Assembly (NCBI GenBank): GCA_934102255.1
Contig: CAKOSN010000004.1
Coordinates: 29,911 to 93,910 of the forward strand
Source of the DNA: an uncultured Bacilli bacterium
GTDB taxonomy: Bacteria; Bacillota_I; Bacilli_A; RF39; UBA660
Length of the DNA: 64,000 nucleotides
Direction: 5' to 3'
The notes beneath the pieces were generated by a model that ran no database searches, was not told where the DNA came from, and worked only from the letters and a program-made list of their open reading frames with translations. The translations under genes and the position numbers were made by a program. Positions within the stretch are counted from its first letter, which is position 1. Each line of letters opens with the position of its first letter. Below, piece after piece: positions 27,004 to 35,493 of this stretch.

Positions 27004-29016
27004 ATGCACAAATTGGTAACTATCCAAAGTGATGTTAATGATTGTGGTCCAGCCGTCATTTATAGCTTAGTAAAATACTATCATGGTTACGTTTCTGTGG
27101 AAAAAATTAGATTAGATACAAATTTAAGTAGGGAAGGAGTAACAGCATACGATATCGTCTTGACTTTAGAACGTTACGGCTTCGAAGCTAAAGGTCTAAA
27201 ATTAACGCTAGATGATATCAAAAACGTATCTAGACCAATGATTCTCCATTTTGATTATAAAAAATATAACCATTATGTTTTACTAGTGAAAGTAAAGAAA
27301 GACACTTGTACTATTATGGACCCTAGTAAAGGCTTAGTTAAAATGTCTTTAAATGACTTAAGAAAAGTTTGGACCGGAATTGCTATTAGTGCTATTCCTA
27401 GTAATGCTATTATAAAACTAGATAAGAAAACATCTTTATTTTGCTTGTTAAAAAAATTAATCATTCAAAATAAAAGAGTAGTATTACTTATTAGCATCTT
27501 AGGAATTATATTAAATATTTTGGAATTAATATCTAACTATTACTTACAATCTTTAATTAATTTCTCAAGCTATACTAAAATAGTAAAAATCTTTTTATTC
27601 TTAATAATAGCTAAAACTATAATTGAATATTCTTTCGTTAATTTAAGTCAAGTTTTAAGTAGAAAAATCGACTATACTTTGTTAGATAGCTACCTTACGC
27701 ATTTCTTACACCTCCCACTTCCCAATTTAGAGGGAGCAACATCAGGAAGAACTTTAAAACATATTGAAGATTTACAAATTATTAAAGAAGCTATTTTAGA
27801 ACTTTTATTAAAAGTTGGTCTTACTTTATTACAATTTAGTGGTGGTTTACTTCTTATAATTGTTTTATCTCTTAAATTAAGTATTTTATTTTTAATACTT
27901 GTCTTAGGTTATATTCTTTTAAAATTAATCGAAAACAAGAAAATTAATAAATATACTAACTATCTTCTAAATAAAACAACTGAATATCAAGAAACTTTAG
28001 TAGATACAGTTAAGAGTTATAAAACCATTAAAGACTTAAATAGTGAAGACTTATTTAAAAACTATACAATGCAAAAGAATCTCGATTATTTAGATTATGG
28101 AAAATATTATGCTACTATTTTAAATAAATGGCATAGTTTTGAAAACTTAAATCTAGAACTAGGTAATTTTCTACTTATTAGTGTTGGTTTTCTTTTAAGT
28201 AAGAATGGTAATCTAAACTTAGTTAATCTATTTACTTTTATTACTCTAACTAATTATTTATTCTTTAGTCTTAAAAGTACAATGGATATTATGCCTAAGT
28301 ATTACTATTTAAAACAAAGTTACTTACGAATAAGTGAATTTTTAGACGTTTCTTTAGAGAAAGATAAAGGTCTTATTTTTACCAATGGTGATATTACTTT
28401 TAGTCATGTAAGTTTTACCTATAATAACGGTAATACAGTTATTAAAAATCTAAATCAAGTTATAAAAAAAGGACAAAAAGTTATATTATCTGGAAAAAGT
28501 GGTGCTGGTAAATCAACTCTATGTAAATTATTATATCGCTATTATGAACCTAGTAGAGGAAGTATTATGATTAATAATATTGACATTAAAAATATTAAAT
28601 TATCTAGCCTAAGAGATAATATTGGCTATATTAGTCAAGATGCTGTTTTGTTTAACAATACAATATTAGAAAATATTGTTGGTAAATCTAAATTAGATAT
28701 TAATAAATTAAACCAAGTTATTAGTGTCTGTAAATTAGAAAAACTGATAAATAAATTACCTAATCATTTAGAAACTAATTTAAAAGAACAGAGTAATAAT
28801 ATATCGGGTGGTGAATCAGAACGAATAATTCTTGCTCGTAGTCTTTATAACTTAAAGCCAATTATGATTTTAGATGAAGCCTTAAGTCAGGTAGATATTA
28901 CCACAGAAAAAGAAATAATAGAAAATATAAAAAATAATTATCCGGCTTGTACTTTAATTTATATAACCCATAAAGATGTTAAAGAAATCTTCACATCGGA
29001 AATAAGTTTATCTTGA
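27004..29016 (+). CDS. bacteriocin ABC exporter with an N-terminal C39 double-glycine peptidase domain
   Basis: AGGAGG RBS precedes ATG 27004. It has C39 motifs (QSDVNDCGPAV, later NHYVLL), six TM helices, Walker A GKSGAGKST, signature ISGGESERI and Walker B ILDEALS. Confidence 0.9.
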   Translation: MHKLVTIQSDVNDCGPAVIYSLVKYYHGYVSVEKIRLDTNLSREGVTAYDIVLTLERYGFEAKGLKLTLDDIKNVSRPMILHFDYKKYNHYVLLVKVKKDTCTIMDPSKGLVKMSLNDLRKVWTGIAISAIPSNAIIKLDKKTSLFCLLKKLIIQNKRVVLLISILGIILNILELISNYYLQSLINFSSYTKIVKIFLFLIIAKTIIEYSFVNLSQVLSRKIDYTLLDSYLTHFLHLPLPNLEGATSGRTLKHIEDLQIIKEAILELLLKVGLTLLQFSGGLLLIIVLSLKLSILFLILVLGYILLKLIENKKINKYTNYLLNKTTEYQETLVDTVKSYKTIKDLNSEDLFKNYTMQKNLDYLDYGKYYATILNKWHSFENLNLELGNFLLISVGFLLSKNGNLNLVNLFTFITLTNYLFFSLKSTMDIMPKYYYLKQSYLRISEFLDVSLEKDKGLIFTNGDITFSHVSFTYNNGNTVIKNLNQVIKKGQKVILSGKSGAGKSTLCKLLYRYYEPSRGSIMINNIDIKNIKLSSLRDNIGYISQDAVLFNNTILENIVGKSKLDINKLNQVISVCKLEKLINKLPNHLETNLKEQSNNISGGESERIILARSLYNLKPIMILDEALSQVDITTEKEIIENIKNNYPACTLIYITHKDVKEIFTSEISLS

Positions 29017-29039
29017 TAAAGAAAGGAAAAAAATTAAAT

Positions 29040-29177
29040 ATGATATTAAAAAATGAAGAATTAAAAAATGTTTATGGAGGCGGTATGTCATTCGGCTTTA
29101 TTGCTGGTTTAGTTGGACTAGGGGCTTTTCTAATCGGCGTCTTAGATGGTATTATGCGCCCCTTATCTTGTCATTAA
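29040..29177 (+). CDS. double-glycine-leader bacteriocin precursor, peptide A (45 aa)
   Basis: MILKNEELKNVYGG | GMSFGFIAGLVGLGAFLIGVLDGIMRPLSCH. The leader fits the EL..(I/V).GG consensus. The hydrophobic core has GxxxG motifs. Not in the ORF track (too short). Confidence 0.75.
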   Translation: MILKNEELKNVYGGGMSFGFIAGLVGLGAFLIGVLDGIMRPLSCH

Positions 29178-29201
29178 AATATTGTTAGAAAGGAATTAAA
29201 T

Positions 29202-29369
29202 ATGATATTAAATGTTACAGAATTAAAAGAAATAAAAGGAGGAGCCAGCAGTATTCTAAGTGCTACTTTCTTTAATGCCTTAGCAAGGAGTCTAAGTACT
29301 CTTACTGATATTGGTAGAAGTCTTGGTACTTCTATTAGAATGCTTTTTTCAAGGAGAGTTTGTAAATGA
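29202..29369 (+). CDS. double-glycine-leader bacteriocin precursor, peptide B (55 aa)
   Basis: MILNVTELKEIKGG | ASSILSATFFNALARSLSTLTDIGRSLGTSIRMLFSRRVCK. AAAGGA RBS. The core is cationic and amphipathic with GRSLG. Not in the ORF track. Confidence 0.75.
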   Translation: MILNVTELKEIKGGASSILSATFFNALARSLSTLTDIGRSLGTSIRMLFSRRVCK

Positions 29370-29598
29370 TAAAATGGTTAATTAATTTTTTAAGAAAAAT
29401 TTATTATATTATTTAAATTTATTTTAATAATATTAGAAGGGATTAACTATGAGTAGAAATTTTTATACTTTTATAAGATGCTTATGCTATGTTATTAATT
29501 ATTTAAGATGGTAATTAATAAAATTTAGATTTAGAAAAAGATAAATAAGTGAAAAATAACTATCTTTATGCTATACTTTAAAATAGAGGTGGTTAAAT

Positions 29599-31212
29599 GT
29601 GAATAAAATAAATAATAAAGGTTTTATTGCAACAACACTTATTTATTCTTTTTTACTTTTGTTTGCAACTTTGGTAACGGTTATTATTACTAATTATAAT
29701 TATTATCGTAATACTCTTAATAAATATAATAAAAATATTAACGATGCTTTAAATAACATAGTAAATAATAAATATGTTACTTTATATAATGAAATTGATA
29801 ATAGTGATTTTGAAACTAAAAATGTTTCATGGCATACTGGTTCAAGTACAACTAATTTTAATAACAATGGCAATCTTGGTTATGATTGTAATCAAAGCGA
29901 TTGTACTAACAAAAACGGCTCTTATCAAACGGATTATACCAATGCTGGGGGTAATAACTCTTTTAGATTTGCTCCCAAAACTAATAGTATCGTTAATTCT
30001 AATGTGTTTAGTTGTATTGCCAATAATTATTATTATGTAAGTTATGATGTTTTTACTAGTGGCGCCTTAAGTGGGGGCAATATTGGCATATATAATAATT
30101 CTGGCCGTTTTGAAGTATCTGAATCTTTAAATTATGGTTTTCAAAATTGGAGTCGTCGTGGTTTTATTGGTAAAGTCTCTTCCGGTGGTAATTGTGTTTT
30201 TAGAATTGACTATCAAAATAGCGGTGGCGGGGCTGATATTAGAATGAATATTGATAACGTTGCCGTTATAAATATTACTGAACTATTAAGTAAGGCCGGA
30301 ATTAGTATTCCTGATTCCGGGGGTAATGAATTAAAAACTAAGTATAGTCTGGCTCTTACTGAGGCTCAATCTGATGCTAAAATTACCCATTTTAATGTTT
30401 CAACAGTATATGATATTGATGCTCTAAAAAATGCTAATAATACAACTTATAACTTTGTTTATATGGGCGGTACTCAGGAATTTACGGCTCCAAGTGATGG
30501 TACTTATCTTTTAGAAGTCTGGGGCGCCCAAGGCGGAAATCAATATGAGGGTCGCGGGGGCTACGGCGGTTATTCTTATGGTGAATATAAACTTAATAAA
30601 GGTCAAAAACTTTATGTAAAAGTTGGTTATGGTGCCCCAGATTGGTCTTTAGATGGTGGCGGTGCCACTTCGATTCAAAATTACCTTATTGGCGATGGTC
30701 AATTAAGAAATTATAAAAATAATATAGGTAACGTTATCATTGTTGCTGGCGGTGGTGGCGCTGGTGAAAGAGAAAACGGTGGTAATGGTGGCGGTTACCT
30801 AGGAGGTACTGGGTATCAAAAATCGACCGGCTATGAATATTATGCTGAAGGTGGTACTCAATATAGTGGAGGCCGTGGTAGAACCGCCGCCGGTCATAAT
30901 AACGGTGGCAATTTAAATGGTGATTTTGGTATCGGGGGTAGTGGTTATAGCCCAACCGATTCTGGTCCTAATGGCGGTGAAGGCTACTATGGTGGCGGTG
31001 GGGTTACCTATGCCGGCTCCGGCGGCGGCGGCTCTGGTTATATTGGCAACGGTAACCTTACTAATAAAGGTATGTATTGTTATCTTTGTAGTGAAAGTAA
31101 TGATGTAAATAACAAAACTACGACAACTTCTTGTTATGAAGAAAACCCAACCAAAAATTGTGCCAAAAAAGGAAGTGGTTACGCTAGAATTACTCTTATC
31201 GGCGCCCGATAA
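29599..31212 (+). CDS. signal-anchored surface protein: pilin-like N-terminus, CBM4_9-like domain and a C-terminal glycine-rich domain
   Basis: GAGGTGG RBS plus GTG start. N-terminal KGFIATTLIYSFLLLFATLV, NSDFE...W (CBM-like), then FTAPSDGTYLLEVWGAQGGN...GGYGGYSYG...VAGGGGAG...GSGGGGSGY. Confidence 0.75.
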   Translation: MNKINNKGFIATTLIYSFLLLFATLVTVIITNYNYYRNTLNKYNKNINDALNNIVNNKYVTLYNEIDNSDFETKNVSWHTGSSTTNFNNNGNLGYDCNQSDCTNKNGSYQTDYTNAGGNNSFRFAPKTNSIVNSNVFSCIANNYYYVSYDVFTSGALSGGNIGIYNNSGRFEVSESLNYGFQNWSRRGFIGKVSSGGNCVFRIDYQNSGGGADIRMNIDNVAVINITELLSKAGISIPDSGGNELKTKYSLALTEAQSDAKITHFNVSTVYDIDALKNANNTTYNFVYMGGTQEFTAPSDGTYLLEVWGAQGGNQYEGRGGYGGYSYGEYKLNKGQKLYVKVGYGAPDWSLDGGGATSIQNYLIGDGQLRNYKNNIGNVIIVAGGGGAGERENGGNGGGYLGGTGYQKSTGYEYYAEGGTQYSGGRGRTAAGHNNGGNLNGDFGIGGSGYSPTDSGPNGGEGYYGGGGVTYAGSGGGGSGYIGNGNLTNKGMYCYLCSESNDVNNKTTTTSCYEENPTKNCAKKGSGYARITLIGAR

Positions 31213-31244
31213 AACAATTTCGGCAAAAACCAAGAGAAAAACAG

Positions 31245-31274
31245 TTGAAACCCAGCAAATATATGTGGTATAAT
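31245..31274 (+). promoter_or_regulatory. sigma-A type promoter for the rpsU operon
   Basis: TTGAAA (31245-31250), an 18-nt spacer with a TGg extension, and TATAAT (31269-31274). Confidence 0.55.
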
Positions 31275-31303
31275 TGGCTTGTTGATTGAAGGGAGGGATA
31301 AAG

Positions 31304-31489
31304 ATGACAAAAGTAGTGGTAAAAGATGGCAATGTTGATGGCGCATTAAAAAAATGGAAAGTTAAAGTTGCTAAAAGTGGTGTCCCTTCAGAATTGAAAA
31401 AGAGAAAACATTATGAAAAACCAGGCGTAAAAAGAAGAGAAGCAAAAAAAGAAATGATTCGTAATGCGAGAAAACATCATAGAGATTAG
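31304..31489 (+). CDS. rpsU: 30S ribosomal protein S21
   Basis: MTKVVVKDGNVDGALKKWK...HYEKPGVKRREAKKE is typical S21. GAAGGGAGGG RBS precedes ATG 31304. Confidence 0.95.
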   Translation: MTKVVVKDGNVDGALKKWKVKVAKSGVPSELKKRKHYEKPGVKRREAKKEMIRNARKHHRD

Positions 31490-31499
31490 GAGTATTGAT

Positions 31500-31943
31500 A
31501 TGTTAGAAAAACAAATCGTAACTGATACTCTTACGGCAATGAAAAATTCTGATAAGTTTAAAGTATCCGTTCTAAGAATGCTTAAAAGTGCTTTACAAAG
31601 CGAAAAAATTAATAGCAAGTCAGCTGATTTAACAGATGAACAAGTTATTATGGTCTTAAAAAAGCAAATAAAAGAAAGAACAGCCAGCATAGAAGAATAT
31701 ACTAAATATAATCGTCTAGATTTGGTAAGTGATTTAGAAAAAGAAATTGCAATCTTAGAAATATATCTTCCTAAACAATTATCACATGAAGAATTAGAAA
31801 CTAAAGTTCAAGAAATCTTGAAAAATTATCCAAACGCAACAATTAAAGATATGGGTAAAATTATGAAAGAGGCAAGTAGTACTTTGGGTTCGGTTGCTGA
31901 TATGAGTGAAGTTAGTAAACTAATCAAAGCAAGTTTAAACTGA
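31500..31943 (+). CDS. yqeY: GatB/YqeY domain protein
   Basis: MLEKQIVTDTLTAMKNSDKFKVSVLRMLKSAL... matches the YqeY family. It occupies the conserved position after rpsU. Confidence 0.85.
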   Translation: MLEKQIVTDTLTAMKNSDKFKVSVLRMLKSALQSEKINSKSADLTDEQVIMVLKKQIKERTASIEEYTKYNRLDLVSDLEKEIAILEIYLPKQLSHEELETKVQEILKNYPNATIKDMGKIMKEASSTLGSVADMSEVSKLIKASLN

Positions 31944-31967
31944 GAAGTCTTATTAGACTTCTTTTTT
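31944..31967 (+). terminator. rho-independent terminator
   Basis: GAAGTCT-tatt-AGACTTC followed by a T-run. Confidence 0.7.
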
Positions 31968-31990
31968 CATAGGATTATTTAGGTGATACT

Positions 31991-32230
31991 ATGCATATCT
32001 GGACTAATCTCCAAAAGTTTTTATATGATAAAGATTATTTTTTAGCCTATTTTAACAGCACTTTGTATGTTTATAATTTTACTAAAATCTATTATATAAG
32101 TAGTAAAAAAATAATTTTAGATATAAATAATCGCAAAATAACGATATCCGGTAATGATCTTATTTTAAAAAAGTCATGTGGTAATGAATTAATTATTTAT
32201 GGGACTATTAAAGGAGTTACCTATGAATAA
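31991..32230 (+). CDS. yqfC: YabP/YqfC-family sporulation protein
   Basis: The C-terminal ITISGNDLILKKSCGNELIIYGTIKGVTY parallels B. subtilis YqfC (LLIKGSSFVIKTILPEEILLEGKIDQVIY). Synteny with yqfD supports the call. Confidence 0.65.
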   Translation: MHIWTNLQKFLYDKDYFLAYFNSTLYVYNFTKIYYISSKKIILDINNRKITISGNDLILKKSCGNELIIYGTIKGVTYE

Positions 32231-33326
32231 TTTACTTATCGTAAATATTCGGGTATTTAATCTTAATAGTTTTCTTCTAAATTCAGTAAAAAATGATATT
32301 TATATCGAAAGAATAAGTTACAAGCAAAATGTTTTAAAATGTAAAATAAAAAAAGAGGATTTAAAAAAGATAAATAAGTATTATAAAGTAACTATTTTAA
32401 GAGCAATTAATTTAGAAAGTATTTTCTTCTCGATAAAGCAAAACTACCTATTAGTATTAAGTATAATTTTTAGCATAACTCTCTTCTTCGTATTTAAAAA
32501 TGTTATTATTAAAGTTGAGATAGTAAGCCCTAATGATACTCTAGTTAAAAGCCTAAATAAATCTTTAGAAAATTATGGTCTTAAAAGATTAAGTTTAAAA
32601 AAAGATACAAATAGCATTTTAAAAATTAAAAATCAATTAGAAAAAGATTATAAAGATACCATTGAATGGCTAGAAATCAAAAACGTTGGTATGACTTATT
32701 TGGTAACCATAGAAGAGCGTAAAATAAAGACAGAAAATCCGACCGCAGAATATTGTAATGTTTATGCTTCTAAAGACGGCATCGTAAAAAAGATAATTGC
32801 TACTAATGGTAGTGTTATCGTTTGGGAAAATAAATACATAAGAAAAGGGGACTTACTTATCAGTGGCGATATCGTTTTAAACGAAGAAACTAAAAGTAAA
32901 ACTTGTGCGAAAGGAACTGTCTATGGCGAGACCTGGTATAAAGCAAGTATCAGTGTTCCCAAAAAATACCAAATAAAAAACTATACAGGAAAAACTCAAA
33001 CTAATTTTAAACTCGATTTAGGGCGTAATGATTATAAAATTTTTAGAAGTAAATATCAAAATTACGATGAAGAATCTAAAGAAATAATTAGTATTTTAGG
33101 TAAAAAACTTTTAAAAACAACAGAAAAAGAGTATACTTATCAGGAAGCTTACTATACCGAAGAAGAATTAAATAGTAAAATAGATGAAGTAATTAGTACC
33201 AAGATTAATTTAAAAAAAGATATGGGTGAAGAAATTTTATATAAAAATATTTTGAAAAAGACCGAGTTTGATAGTACAATAGAAGTAGAAGTATTTGTAT
33301 CGGCTTTAGTAATACTTTCAGAATAG
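32223..33326 (+). CDS. yqfD: sporulation protein YqfD
   Basis: AAAGGAG RBS precedes ATG 32223. It has a central TM helix and the conserved GDLLISG...AKGTVYGETWY block. Confidence 0.7.
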   Translation: MNNLLIVNIRVFNLNSFLLNSVKNDIYIERISYKQNVLKCKIKKEDLKKINKYYKVTILRAINLESIFFSIKQNYLLVLSIIFSITLFFVFKNVIIKVEIVSPNDTLVKSLNKSLENYGLKRLSLKKDTNSILKIKNQLEKDYKDTIEWLEIKNVGMTYLVTIEERKIKTENPTAEYCNVYASKDGIVKKIIATNGSVIVWENKYIRKGDLLISGDIVLNEETKSKTCAKGTVYGETWYKASISVPKKYQIKNYTGKTQTNFKLDLGRNDYKIFRSKYQNYDEESKEIISILGKKLLKTTEKEYTYQEAYYTEEELNSKIDEVISTKINLKKDMGEEILYKNILKKTEFDSTIEVEVFVSALVILSE

Positions 33327-33339
33327 ATAGTGAGGATTT

Positions 33340-33957
33340 ATGTTTAATGAGGCATTTCATAACATTGTAAATAGTGCTTTACCAATGTTAATTATATTTA
33401 TAGTTGTAATTTGTACAGTAAGAGTTAGTTATATAAGAAGTACTAATCAAAAAATCGTCTTACATGATGAAATATTTAATTTACTTTTTATTATATATGT
33501 ATTACTTTTATTTGAGCTTTTAACCGGAACGGAAAACTCTACTGGTAGTGGCATGAATATTATTCCTTTTAAAGAAATAATGCGCTATAAATTTGGTAGT
33601 AGAATGTTTATTTATAATGTTTTAGGTAATATTTTAATCTTTGTTCCCTTTGGTTATTTTATTTCTAAATATATTAAGCCTAAGAAAATCCTACCTATTA
33701 TTGTTGATGCTATAATTACTAGTGTTACGGTTGAAACCGTTCAATTAAAAATAGGGCGTTCTTTTGATATTGATGATGTTATGTTAAACGTAGTGGGAGC
33801 TATTTTAGGGTATTTTGTTTACATAGCTTTAGATGCTATTTATAAACATTTACCAAAAATTTTACAGAAAAGCTTTATTTATGACGTCATTTCTCTTATA
33901 ATATTAGTTATGTTTATTTTGTATGCAGCAAATATACTAGATTTAAGGTGGTTTTAA
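33340..33957 (+). CDS. VanZ-family membrane protein
   Basis: NIIPF, NILIFVPFGYF and SVTVETVQL...GRSFDIDDVMLNVVGAILGY. Confidence 0.8.
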   Translation: MFNEAFHNIVNSALPMLIIFIVVICTVRVSYIRSTNQKIVLHDEIFNLLFIIYVLLLFELLTGTENSTGSGMNIIPFKEIMRYKFGSRMFIYNVLGNILIFVPFGYFISKYIKPKKILPIIVDAIITSVTVETVQLKIGRSFDIDDVMLNVVGAILGYFVYIALDAIYKHLPKILQKSFIYDVISLIILVMFILYAANILDLRWF

Positions 33958-34400
33958 TGGAAAATAATTATACAATCGTTGACAATGGTTTATACAAGGA
34001 TTATGCCTATTTAGATAAAGTAATTAATAAGACTTTAGAAGAAGAACAAGTAAGTGGGGCTGTTTTTTCGATAATTTTTGTTACTTTAGATGAGATACAT
34101 AAATTAAATAAAGAATATCGTGGTATTGATAGACCAACTGATGTTATTTCTTTTGCTCTAGAAGACAGTGATGATTTTGAGATTACAGGCTTACGTGTTT
34201 TAGGCGATATTTATATCTGTATTGATAGAATGGAAGAACAAGCTAAAGAATATGGTCATAGTAAGATGAGAGAATTATCATTTTTAACTTGTCATGGTCT
34301 TTTGCACCTTTTAGGTTACGACCATATGGAGCCTGCTGATGAAAAAGTCATGTTTGGTAAACAAGATAAAATATTAGAAGAATTGGAGATTACTAGATGA
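33957..34400 (+). CDS. ybeY: rRNA maturation endoribonuclease YbeY
   Basis: HGLLHLLGYDH zinc site. AAGGTGG RBS precedes ATG 33957. Confidence 0.9.
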   Translation: MENNYTIVDNGLYKDYAYLDKVINKTLEEEQVSGAVFSIIFVTLDEIHKLNKEYRGIDRPTDVISFALEDSDDFEITGLRVLGDIYICIDRMEEQAKEYGHSKMRELSFLTCHGLLHLLGYDHMEPADEKVMFGKQDKILEELEITR

Positions 34401-35275
34401 AAAGTGGATTTGTAAGTATAATTGGGCGTCCAAACGTAGGAAAATCAACCCTTTTAAATAATATTGTTAATTATCATGTAGCCATAACCTCAGATAAAGC
34501 TGGAACAACCCGTAATATTATCGAAGGAATTTATAATGATAGTCAAAGTCAAATAGTATTTGTTGATACCCCTGGTATTAATAAACCGATTGATAAATTG
34601 GGCAAAGTCTTAAACAAACAATCTCAAAGTCAACAAAAAGAAGTAGATTGCATTTTATTAGTTGTCGATGCTAAAAGCGGCCTTGGTCGTGGCGATAGAG
34701 AAATTATTAAAAATTTAAATGCTGATATTCCGACAATTTTAGTTTTAAATAAGATTGATGCCATGAAAAAAGAAGAAATAATGACTAGAATAGTAGAATA
34801 TAAAGATTTATTTGATTTTAGTGATATTGTTCCTGTAAGTGCTAGAGGTGGTGAAAATGTTAAAACTTTAATAGAAGTTGTTAGAAAATATTTAACTGAT
34901 GATATTAAGTATTTTAAAGATGATACTATTACTAGTAGTTCTATACGCTTTATGATAAGTGAATATGTTAGAGAAAAGCTATTTAACCATTTAGAACAAG
35001 AAATTCCTCATGCCATAACTTGCTTTACAACCGGCTATGAAGAAAAAGAAAAAATAGTTAATATTAACGTTGATATTATCGTTGATAGAGAATCTTTAAA
35101 GAAGATAATTATTGGTCATAACGGCGAAATGCTAAAAAATATCGGTATGGAATCTCGTAAAGATATTGAAACCTTAGTAGGCAAAAAAGTTTATTTAGAA
35201 TTATATGTTAAATGCATTCCTAACTGGCGTGATAAAGAATTTATCTTAAAAGATTTAGGATTCTATGAGTTTTAA
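34397..35275 (+). CDS. era: GTPase Era
   Basis: G1 GRPNVGKST, G3 DTPG, G4 NKID and a C-terminal KH domain. Confidence 0.95.
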   Translation: MKSGFVSIIGRPNVGKSTLLNNIVNYHVAITSDKAGTTRNIIEGIYNDSQSQIVFVDTPGINKPIDKLGKVLNKQSQSQQKEVDCILLVVDAKSGLGRGDREIIKNLNADIPTILVLNKIDAMKKEEIMTRIVEYKDLFDFSDIVPVSARGGENVKTLIEVVRKYLTDDIKYFKDDTITSSSIRFMISEYVREKLFNHLEQEIPHAITCFTTGYEEKEKIVNINVDIIVDRESLKKIIIGHNGEMLKNIGMESRKDIETLVGKKVYLELYVKCIPNWRDKEFILKDLGFYEF

Positions 35276-35389
35276 AGATTAATTAAAATAATAAAAAGAG
35301 AGAAAATTTATAAAAATTCTTTCTTTTTTTATAAAAATAGTGAATAAAAAAATAATTCTTGCATCATTATAATAATAGGTGATGAAAAT

Positions 35390-35470
35390 ATGAGTAAAGA
35401 AGAATTATGGCAATTATTTAAGGAAACTGGAAAGATTGAATATTATTTACAATATAAAAAACACAAATAA
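35390..35470 (+). CDS. yqzL: YqzL-family small protein (26 aa)
   Basis: MSKEELWQLFKETGKIEYYLQYKKHK resembles YqzL (W.lF..TG.IE.YLlYK). It lies in the conserved slot between era and recO. Not in the ORF track. Confidence 0.6.
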   Translation: MSKEELWQLFKETGKIEYYLQYKKHK

Positions 35471-35493
35471 GTTTTAAAAAGAAGTAGGCAAAA

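Noticed and set aside
29366-29514. Mini-ORFs after peptide B: 29366..29416 (MIKWLINFLRKIYYII) and 29449..29514 (MSRNFYTFIRCLCYVINYLRW, with a GAAGGGA RBS)
   Set aside because: They are too short and compositionally indistinguishable from AT-rich noise, with no GG leader. They could still be tiny immunity or leaderless peptides, so they are only worth testing alongside the bacteriocin finding.
29774-31332. ORFs 29774..30040 (+), 30737..30955 (-), 30913..31332 (-) and 30917..31108 (+)
   Set aside because: They overlap the glycine-rich protein gene. Runs of GGN codons remove stops from other frames. Their products are low-complexity and lack start signals.
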